Notes: a model not told the origin generated them from the sequence alone. Counted from the stretch's first letter, positions 8,355 to 15,313 are shown. The stretch: 15,543 bases of DNA from an uncultured bacterium (GCA_965612865.1 CBFDTJ010000034.1:1-15543), one strand, 5' to 3'. Numbers and translations: made by a program.

Positions 8355-9559
8355 ACCTCCTCCTTTAAAACACCCTTCAATCCATGCATAATAAAATTAA
8401 GCGTGGTCAATGTTACCTTCTTACTCATTTCCTTACTCTCTTCAAGAACAAACCATTTCATTCCAACACAGTGACCTATCCCCATAAGAGATAAAGCCAG
8501 AGCCTCTGGATCAGTTTTTATAATCTCTCCAAACTTCATTCCTATTCCAAGCCCTTTTTTGTATGGAGACAGGAGTCTTTTGTAGTACCATGCGCCAATT
8601 TCTCTATCAACAAATTCTGCTTCTCTCACTATTCTGTAGTCATTACCTATGTTTCTAAAGAGGTGGAAGAACGCCTGAAAACCAGCATTTTCAATCTCCC
8701 TCCTGTCATCAAAGTTCTTTGTGTATTCCCACGACCTTTTTCTCAATAAGTAGTTTATGTACTTTACAAGCTCCCATAATATTTCCTTCTTACTGTTAAA
8801 ATAAAGATAGATTGTGCCAAGTCCTATTCTGGATTCTCTTGCTATATCCATCATTTGGGTTTCCGAGTATCCTCTTTCCCCAAAAAGTTTTTCTGCTGAT
8901 GAAAGGATTTTTCTTTTTGTTTCCTCTCCCTTGGTGAGTATTTCGTCGCTCTTTTCCTCAACCTCTCTTTCTTTAACGATGTATGGTTTAAAATCTCCTT
9001 TTCTATCAATCCCCCTTTCTATCAACTTAAAAGCTGCTTCAATCTTCTTATTCTCTATCTCTTTATTGTCCCATATGAGATAATTTATGACTATGAAGTA
9101 AACACTGCCAAGGATTGAGAAAGATAAAGTCTCAAGATCTATATTCTTTTTGACTTTGTCTTTAAGCACATCTTCTATCTCATTTGTGGTTTTTTTGTAG
9201 AAATCCCTTACAAGATCTTTATTTACAAATTCCACTTCCCGAAAGATGTCATAGAGAGTGGTGTTTTCGCTTATGTAATTGATGTATGAGAGAAGTATGC
9301 TCTTTATCAATTTCAGTGCATTTTTTCCTCTTTTTTCCTTTTCTATTCTTTCAACTAAACCATCCTCAAATCTTTTAACAAGGGCAAAGTATATCTCTTC
9401 TTTGTTTTTAAAGTATCTGTAAATGCTTGCATTGGAAAGTCCTATTCTTTCAGCAATTTTTTTAATAGACGCATTCTTAAAACCGTTTTCTTTGAATGTA
9501 ACGATTGCGCTTTCCAGTATTTTTTCCTTTGTTTTTTTACCCCTTAAGGTTTTCTCCAT
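8351..9559 (-). CDS. Tandem (double) TetR/AcrR family transcriptional regulator
   Basis: 402 aa with two TetR HTHs (KKIAERIGLSNASIYRYFKNKEEI and MDIARESRIGLGTIYLYFNSKKEI) and duplicated C-domain motifs (REVEFV / REAEFV). Confidence 0.9.
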   Translation of the reverse strand: MEKTLRGKKTKEKILESAIVTFKENGFKNASIKKIAERIGLSNASIYRYFKNKEEIYFALVKRFEDGLVERIEKEKRGKNALKLIKSILLSYINYISENTTLYDIFREVEFVNKDLVRDFYKKTTNEIEDVLKDKVKKNIDLETLSFSILGSVYFIVINYLIWDNKEIENKKIEAAFKLIERGIDRKGDFKPYIVKEREVEEKSDEILTKGEETKRKILSSAEKLFGERGYSETQMMDIARESRIGLGTIYLYFNSKKEILWELVKYINYLLRKRSWEYTKNFDDRREIENAGFQAFFHLFRNIGNDYRIVREAEFVDREIGAWYYKRLLSPYKKGLGIGMKFGEIIKTDPEALALSLMGIGHCVGMKWFVLEESKEMSKKVTLTTLNFIMHGLKGVLKEEV

Positions 9560-10299
9560 CAGGGAATTAACCCTCCATCAACTCCAATAATCTGTCCATT
9601 TATAAATGATGATTCATCAGAAGACAGGAACAAGAGAAGGTTTGCAACATCCTCTGGTTCTCCCATTCTACCAAGTGGTGTTTTCTCAATCATAATATTT
9701 ATAACTTTCTCAGGAACTCTTGCCGTCATCTCTGTTCTTATGAAACCTGGAGCCACTGCGTTTGCTCTTATCCCCTTCCTTCCAAGTTCCTTTGCCCATG
9801 TTTTTGTCATTCCAATTATTCCAGCTTTGCTTGCTGCGTAGTTTGTTTGACCGATATTTCCATAAACTCCAACAACAGATGATATGCTTATAATATTTCC
9901 CTTTCCTCTCTCAAGCATGTATGGTACGACAGCCTTTGTTGTGTTGAATACTCCAGTAAGATTTACCGCTATAACCCTATTCCAGTCTTCTATATCCATT
10001 TTGCTTAAGAAACCATCTCTTGTAATTCCTGCATTATTTATAAGAACGTCAATTTTTCCAAATTTTTCATAAACTTTTTTAACTGCATCTGACACACTCT
10101 TGAAATCTGTCACATCAGCTTTAATTGCTTCCACTATTCCGTATTTTTCAATTTCTTTTTTTGCTTCAGTGAGTCTTTCTTCATTGATGTCGAATATAAC
10201 AACTTTTGCTCCCTCTTTTGCAAGAAGTTTTGCAGTTTCCTTTCCTATTCCCCCGGCACCACCTGTAATTATTACCACCTTATCCTTTACTCTGTCCAT
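9559..10299 (-). CDS. Short-chain dehydrogenase, FabG/PhaB-like 3-oxoacyl reductase / 3-hydroxyacyl-CoA dehydrogenase
   Basis: TGGAGGIG, NNAGITRD, GNIGQTNYAASK, VAPGFI, VDGG. Stop overlaps the TetR start (TGATG). Confidence 0.9.
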   Translation of the reverse strand: MDRVKDKVVIITGGAGGIGKETAKLLAKEGAKVVIFDINEERLTEAKKEIEKYGIVEAIKADVTDFKSVSDAVKKVYEKFGKIDVLINNAGITRDGFLSKMDIEDWNRVIAVNLTGVFNTTKAVVPYMLERGKGNIISISSVVGVYGNIGQTNYAASKAGIIGMTKTWAKELGRKGIRANAVAPGFIRTEMTARVPEKVINIMIEKTPLGRMGEPEDVANLLLFLSSDESSFINGQIIGVDGGLIP

Positions 10300-10308
10300 T
10301 TTTCCTCC

Positions 10309-11298
10309 TTAAACCCACTTAAATACAGAAGCTGACATTACATATCCTGCTCCTGAAGTGCAAAATGCAACATAATCTCCCTTTTTGATCTTACCTTCCT
10401 TGAGTGCATCATAAAGAGCCATGAAAACACAAGCTGATCCTGTATAACCAAACTTATCCATTATCCAGTGAGTTTTTGTAAGAGGAAGTCCAAGTCTATT
10501 CATTGCTTCTTCAATATCTGAGAGTCTCACCTGCGTGAATAAAACCATGTTAAGATCTTTCACGTCAATTCCAGCTTTTTTGCATGCCTTTTTTACCAGA
10601 TTGGGCCAATTGGCATAGTTTACATCTGGTGGATACTTGTGAAAATTTGGATGAAACCTTAGAAGATGCTCTTTTTTCTCCACCATTTCTTTGGTTATTG
10701 GATATTTTGTTCCAACATATATTCCATAGGAATCCCAGTACTGTCCATCAGTTACCATTGTTGAAGCTATATAGCCGGGTTCACTGGATTTTGTGAGTAT
10801 TACTGCAGATGCTCCATCTCCAAACATTGGTGCAAGAACTTTATTATCCCAATCAAGCCATTTGCTCATTCCATAGGATGCAACAACGAGAACATTGTTT
10901 ATCTCTGGATCAAGCATTATATGTTGAGAAGCAATTGTCATGCCAATTACAGCATCTGTGCATGCAGCATTCACATCAAAAGCTGCTGCATTTTTTGCTC
11001 CCAGCTTGTACTGAATGATGGGTCCAGTGGGTGGTGTAACAATATCCGGTGTATCAGTTGTAAGGATAATTAAATCTAAATCCTCAGCCTTCATGTTTGC
11101 CTCTTTCAGAGCAACTTTAGCCGCTTCAACTGCCATGTCAGATGCAGACTCGTCTGGTGCTGAAACGTGCCTTAGTTTAATTCCAGATAGGTACTCTGTT
11201 ACATCGTATCCAAGTCTTTTACTGAGCTCTTCGTTTGTTATAACTTTTTCAGGGAGGTACATTCCCGCTCCAGCGATTTTTGCAAATCTTTTTTCCAT
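10309..11298 (-). CDS. Ketoacyl-ACP synthase III (FabH)-family protein with non-canonical catalytic residues
   Basis: YLPEKVITNEEL, FDVNAAC (Cys113), FGDGASAV, SGAG. The HQAN and GNT motifs are replaced by TQVR and GYT. Confidence 0.9.
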   Translation of the reverse strand: MEKRFAKIAGAGMYLPEKVITNEELSKRLGYDVTEYLSGIKLRHVSAPDESASDMAVEAAKVALKEANMKAEDLDLIILTTDTPDIVTPPTGPIIQYKLGAKNAAAFDVNAACTDAVIGMTIASQHIMLDPEINNVLVVASYGMSKWLDWDNKVLAPMFGDGASAVILTKSSEPGYIASTMVTDGQYWDSYGIYVGTKYPITKEMVEKKEHLLRFHPNFHKYPPDVNYANWPNLVKKACKKAGIDVKDLNMVLFTQVRLSDIEEAMNRLGLPLTKTHWIMDKFGYTGSACVFMALYDALKEGKIKKGDYVAFCTSGAGYVMSASVFKWV

Positions 11299-11320
11299 GT
11301 CTCCTCCTTTTTAAAATAAT

Positions 11321-12385
11321 TTAGCCATTTTCCTTTATGAAATTTACAAGAATTTCGTTGAACTCTTTTCTCTTCTCAATATGGGGTGAATGAGCGGTAT
11401 CTTTTATAACCACTTCGAAGTACTTTCCACCTTTCTCTTTGTATTTTTCAAATACGTACTTTGTCTGAGCAATCATTGGTTGAGGTGGAAAAATGCTTTC
11501 CCCTGGATAGTTTGGAACAAAACCCATTTTTCCAAGATATCCAATGTCAAAAAAGGAGTTGTCAGATACAATCTTATCTTCTGAACCTCTCACCCATAGA
11601 ATTGGTGGTTTTGGGTTTACATCTACAATTCCACTTGTGTTAAAGTATTTTGGAGATATTGCATTTATCGGTCCAAACTTACCTGGGGCATAGAAGGGCC
11701 AATTCTTAGAAGGGACTGAATCACCTGGATACTTATCTGGTCCAATTTTTTCAAGAAGTGAAGCAGTTAAATAGTCTTCTTCTCTTTCTGGTCTGAATGG
11801 TGGTTTAAAGTAAAATTTGTTAATTACATTTCTTGGAGAATTTATACTTGATTCACTTCTATCCCTGTTTTTAATTCTTTCTACAAACTCTGGATTTACT
11901 CCACCTGCTCCTGAACCAGCAAAATCATCATAGCATGGTGTCCCCTTCTCATCCTTTGTCCCACTAAATCCAAATGGTGATACAGGAGCTATAACTGTTA
12001 GTGTTTTTACCTTTTCTGGATGATCAAGTAAATACTGCATGACAACTCCGCCTCCCACCGACCATCCCACAAGGTGAACTTTATCCAAATTAAGAGCATT
12101 TAATAACGAATCTAAGTCATCCGACCAATCTTTTGCACCTTTTGTGGCATCTATAATCTTATCTTCTGTTAAACCGTATCCCCTTAAGTCTGGTGCAATT
12201 CCAAAAAACTCTTCTGATAGATCAACAATATTTTCTTCAAAGTATGTTCCAGAAGTGAAATTTCCGTGAATGAAAATGATGGGTTCTCCCTTTCTCTTTT
12301 CAGAGAAGTGAACATTCATCTCTATGCGGTCTGTTTTTACCATTTTCTCCTCTATCCCCTCTAAAACATTTGGTTTCTCTTCCAT
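11321..12385 (-). CDS. Alpha/beta-fold serine hydrolase (esterase / intracellular PHA-depolymerase-like)
   Basis: HGNFTS oxyanion loop, PDLRGYG, lipase box GWSVG (Ser109), RGSED (Asp270), AHSPH (His332). No signal peptide; SD AGGAGGT at 12397-12391. Confidence 0.88.
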   Translation of the reverse strand: MEEKPNVLEGIEEKMVKTDRIEMNVHFSEKRKGEPIIFIHGNFTSGTYFEENIVDLSEEFFGIAPDLRGYGLTEDKIIDATKGAKDWSDDLDSLLNALNLDKVHLVGWSVGGGVVMQYLLDHPEKVKTLTVIAPVSPFGFSGTKDEKGTPCYDDFAGSGAGGVNPEFVERIKNRDRSESSINSPRNVINKFYFKPPFRPEREEDYLTASLLEKIGPDKYPGDSVPSKNWPFYAPGKFGPINAISPKYFNTSGIVDVNPKPPILWVRGSEDKIVSDNSFFDIGYLGKMGFVPNYPGESIFPPQPMIAQTKYVFEKYKEKGGKYFEVVIKDTAHSPHIEKRKEFNEILVNFIKENG

Positions 12386-12455
12386 CCTTCACCTCCTTAA
12401 AATTTGTTCTTAAGCCTAAAGACCCCTTTTAGGAGCGTCATTCTTCCCCATTATT

Positions 12456-12497
12456 ATTATACCTGAATCAGGTAAAACATTATACCTGAATCAGTTG
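12456..12497. promoter_or_regulatory. Two tandem palindromic operators (probable TetR-binding sites)
   Basis: Perfect palindrome TACCTGA-A-TCAGGTA at 12460-12474 and imperfect copy TACCTGAATCAGTTG at 12483-12497. Exact 16-bp direct repeat ATTATACCTGAATCAG at 12456-12471 and 12479-12494 (23-bp period). Confidence 0.8.
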
Positions 12498-12499
12498 TA

Positions 12500-12527
12500 A
12501 TTTTATACTAAATTTTTAATTTGTCAA
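12500..12527 (-). promoter_or_regulatory. sigma70-type promoter of the hydrolase-to-livM operon
   Basis: Minus strand TTGACA (12527-12522), 16-nt spacer, TAAAAT (12505-12500). The predicted start site (~12493) falls inside the upstream operator. Confidence 0.7.
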
Positions 12528-12561
12528 GAGAGTGTAAAAATACTTAACCTGTGGGGTTTTT

Positions 12562-13668
12562 TTAATCTTCCTCTCGCTCCATAACTCCCCACTCAGCAAG
12601 AAACAAAGGTTTGTTTGGAAAAAGGGTAGTCAATTCTTTGTATATAGGTTCCATTTTCTCCTCGAATTTTACCCAGGGTTCATCATGTGTTTGGGCTCCA
12701 TATAAGCTAAATCCTATCCAATCTACGTATTCATCTCCTGGATAATAATTCTCAATTTTGTTCCACTCTTCTTGAGGATACGATTCATCATTTGGCTGGA
12801 AATACCAGATAGCATTTTTTACATTTTTTTCTCTGAATAAATTTACAATGTGACGAAAAGCATCCACGAATCTTTCCGGTCCATCTGGTTTATCGGGATC
12901 TCCATAGGTTCTCTTTTTTCCTCCACCCTGAAATACTCCAGACCAGGGAAACCAGTCTCCATTCATTTCAACACCAAACGTGACCATTACAGGTTTACCA
13001 TAATCTTTTATAGTATCTGCCCACCTAGAAATAAAAGAGTCAAAGTCTCCATTTATGATTCTTTGAAGAGAGTACCTTGGCTGGTATTCAGGCTCCCAGT
13101 ATGGCTCTCCCCACGGCATAAATCTAACAAGCGGTATTGCTCCATACTTTGAGATTTCACCAAGATTCTTTCTTGATACGTAATTTCTTCCAAAAAAGAC
13201 AGAGAATGGAACAAAGGCTACTGATTTTCCTGAGAGTTTTTCAAAATTTATTAGTTCTTCCCCTTTTACAGAATCTTCATACTCTCCCCATCCTGGAAAA
13301 ACTCCTGTATAACAACCATTCTCAGGTGTAACTATTGTGTTGTCCTGAACAACAAGACCTTCCTTTCCTATGAAGTAGGAAGATTTAATTCCCCTTCTGT
13401 AAGCTTTCAAAGCTTCATCTGATGAGTTTATCCTTAAATCAGACCAGCTTCCATCATCGTTTTCCCATTTCTCGTGGTACACTATGGCAATTTTTACCTT
13501 CGTATATTTAATTTGAAACAAAGTTAATGCATCTTGATACCAGGCTGCCTTTGAATCCTTCACATATACAAGGAGGGGTTCCTTTGTAAAGGTGCAGCCA
13601 TTAGATATTATTATGATATTTGTAATCAATATAATTAATAATATTAGAAATATATTTCTTTTAATCAT
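12562..13668 (-). CDS. Secreted or membrane-anchored GH26-like glycoside hydrolase, apparently circularly permuted
   Basis: N-terminal hydrophobic signal ending in NGC (possible lipoprotein). GH26 motifs EMNGDWFPW (acid/base Glu234), YYPGDEYVDWIG and KPLFLAEWG (nucleophile Glu359). Start overlaps the upstream stop. Confidence 0.85.
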   Translation of the reverse strand: MIKRNIFLILLIILITNIIIISNGCTFTKEPLLVYVKDSKAAWYQDALTLFQIKYTKVKIAIVYHEKWENDDGSWSDLRINSSDEALKAYRRGIKSSYFIGKEGLVVQDNTIVTPENGCYTGVFPGWGEYEDSVKGEELINFEKLSGKSVAFVPFSVFFGRNYVSRKNLGEISKYGAIPLVRFMPWGEPYWEPEYQPRYSLQRIINGDFDSFISRWADTIKDYGKPVMVTFGVEMNGDWFPWSGVFQGGGKKRTYGDPDKPDGPERFVDAFRHIVNLFREKNVKNAIWYFQPNDESYPQEEWNKIENYYPGDEYVDWIGFSLYGAQTHDEPWVKFEEKMEPIYKELTTLFPNKPLFLAEWGVMEREED

Positions 13669-13987
13669 CTTTCTTCTTGGTTAATATAATTATAACTCCT
13701 GAGGCAATGATTAACAGACTTATTAAAGTTGGAATCAGGGAAAAATTAAAGAAAAACATCATACAACCACCAAAGATTATTAAACTTATACCTCCAATAA
13801 ATTCCCATTTCCATGAGATAAGAACCAATACAATAAATACAATCCAGGGTAAGGCATTGGGACTGTTCTTTATAATACCTTCAATTCCCCCTCCATACCT
13901 TTCTGTCCCGGATAAAATCGCAAAGAGAGTTATTAAAATTCCAAAGATTAATAAGATGTATCTTAATACATTTCTAACCCTTTCCAT
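13661..13987 (-). CDS. Small hypothetical membrane protein (about 4 TM helices, 108 aa)
   Basis: Hydrophobic ORF MERVRNVLRYILLIFGILITLFAILSG...NSPNALPW...WKWEFIGG. ATG at 13987 preferred over the track's TTG at 14023, which coincides with a -35 box. Confidence 0.75.
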   Translation of the reverse strand: MERVRNVLRYILLIFGILITLFAILSGTERYGGGIEGIIKNSPNALPWIVFIVLVLISWKWEFIGGISLIIFGGCMMFFFNFSLIPTLISLLIIASGVIIILTKKKDD

Positions 13988-13994
13988 TTCTCTC

Positions 13995-14023
13995 TTTATA
14001 TATACAAAGAACCCCCTTGTCAA
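13995..14023 (-). promoter_or_regulatory. Possible sigma70 promoter for the membrane protein + GH26 pair
   Basis: TTGACA (14023-14018), 17-nt spacer, TATAAA (14000-13995). The -10 lacks the conserved final T. Confidence 0.4.
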
Positions 14024-14035
14024 TGTTGAAAAGTT

Positions 14036-14857
14036 TTATCTGATTTCAATTACTTTCCCTACTCCATACTCGATAAAATTTCCCTTATACTCCTTTCTGA
14101 AAGCTTCTCCTATTAAATCACCTGTGCAATGGGATGGTGCAACCTTTTCTACTTGCAATTTTCTAAATTCTTTAATGCAAGATACGGGAGGACGGTGAAA
14201 TCCTCCTAAAACTAAATAAATATCTTTTTTCATCAATTCCTTAGCTCTCTTTACAATATTTACAATTCCGGGATGGGCACAGCCTGTAATAACTACCAAT
14301 CCCTTTTTTGAATCAATAATCAAAGATTGCTCTTTTGGAGGTCCATAGAGTTCTCCGGTTGTATAAACAAAATCAGAAATTTTTCCTGGAGTTGAAATCT
14401 CTACAAATTCGGCTCCCTTTTTGGTTATCATATTTTTAATAGATTTAGGAAAGGAACTCGGAATGAAGACCGTAACGTCACTGTTTCTCTCTAAAAAACC
14501 TTCCAATCCTCCTAAATGATCACCGTGAATATGAGAGATAACTACTTTCTTGATTGAGGCAGGGTTGATACCTAATTTTTCCATATTAAAAAGCAAAATT
14601 TCTGAGTTTCCTCCAGTATCAAAAAGTATTAGCTCCTTAGGGGTTTTTATTATAGTAGCAAAGCCCCAGGCAGTTTTCAGTTCTGGGTCTATTTGGTAGT
14701 TGTCATATACGGAAATCAAAGTTATTTCAGATTTTTCTTCTTTTTCTAATTCGATAGAAACTTCTGGCGGGGTTACTTTTCCTCTTTGAACTAAAAACCA
14801 AATTCCTGCCCCTATCAAAACCAGGATTCCTATTAAGATTAAGATTTTGAGATTCAT
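14036..14857 (-). CDS. MBL-fold metallo-hydrolase (COG1237 / DHPS-like MBL group) with N-terminal membrane anchor
   Basis: YDN, WGF, LFDTG, SHIHGDHLGG, TGCAHPG, GGFH and PSHCTG motifs. ATG at 14857 has GAGGT 9 nt upstream (the track uses TTG at 14866). Confidence 0.88.
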   Translation of the reverse strand: MNLKILILIGILVLIGAGIWFLVQRGKVTPPEVSIELEKEEKSEITLISVYDNYQIDPELKTAWGFATIIKTPKELILFDTGGNSEILLFNMEKLGINPASIKKVVISHIHGDHLGGLEGFLERNSDVTVFIPSSFPKSIKNMITKKGAEFVEISTPGKISDFVYTTGELYGPPKEQSLIIDSKKGLVVITGCAHPGIVNIVKRAKELMKKDIYLVLGGFHRPPVSCIKEFRKLQVEKVAPSHCTGDLIGEAFRKEYKGNFIEYGVGKVIEIR

Positions 14858-14862
14858 ATCAA

Positions 14863-15313
14863 TCAAACCTCAATTATTTTCCCTGCTCCACCTTCAACAT
14901 ATGTGTAAGCCTCCTATAATACCATAAACTTTACCGAATTGAGATGCTGTCTTAATGATATGTTCCATTCTTGGATGCGAGCATCCAGGTATTATCACAA
15001 TACCTTTTTCTGTCTCAACACAAAGAGATTGTTCTATTCCATCAAGTTCACCTGTAGAGTAGATCCCCTTATAAAGCTTGGTAGGCTTTTCACTTCAATA
15101 AATTCTCTTGCATTCATTGCTTCAGAAAAATAAGAGGGAATCCAGAGTTTTACTTGGTTATTCAGGCGAAGAAAAGATGAAAGACCTCCTACGTGATCTC
15201 CGTGGAGATGAGAGATAAAAATATCTTCAATTTCTTTTGGATTGATTTTAAGTTTTTGCATATTTGAAAGCAAAACTAAACGCAGTGTTGTCATAAATAA
15301 TGGTAACTTTCAT
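14863..15313 (-). pseudogene. Decayed paralogous MBL-fold metallo-hydrolase gene
   Basis: SD AAGGAGG + ATG at 15313 gives [12 protein letters not shown]; frame change at ~15278 to VLLSNMQKL...[10 protein letters not shown]...EVK; 1-nt frameshift at A-run 15087-15090 to [22 protein letters not shown]...PGCSHP...GGLH; frame change at ~14902 to YVEGGAGKIIEV-stop (14865-14863). Confidence 0.85.

Noticed and set aside
9559..11298. fabH-fabG as the housekeeping fatty-acid synthesis locus
   Set aside because: The FabH-like protein lacks His/Asn, the SDR looks NAD-specific, and no acpP, fabD, fabF or plsX is adjacent; gene symbols were therefore withheld.
12386..12455. ~100-nt 5' leader with a small CCTAAA/TTTAGG hairpin (12415-12433) as a riboswitch or T-box
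   Set aside because: The stem is short, and I see no terminator U-tract or recognisable aptamer/T-box consensus.
12456..12494. 16-bp direct repeat as a mini-CRISPR or insertion target duplication
   Set aside because: Only two copies with a 7-nt gap, no cas or transposase genes; position over a promoter fits operators.
12536..12561. AACCT-GTG-GGGTT-TTT element as terminator of the GH26 gene
   Set aside because: Weak 4-5 bp stem with the T-tract on the wrong strand; not supportable.
405..15133. All plus-strand ORFs in the track (e.g. 405-614, 3131-3448, 5569-5898, 5999-6592, 12850-13152, 13677-14198, 14939-15133)
   Set aside because: They lie antisense to motif-rich minus-strand genes, are Ser/Phe/Ile/Pro-rich shadow frames and have no recognisable motifs.
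15034..15294. 86-aa ORF as a stand-alone protein
   Set aside because: It is the middle fragment of the MBL pseudogene; the real start is 15313 and the C-terminal motifs continue in other frames.
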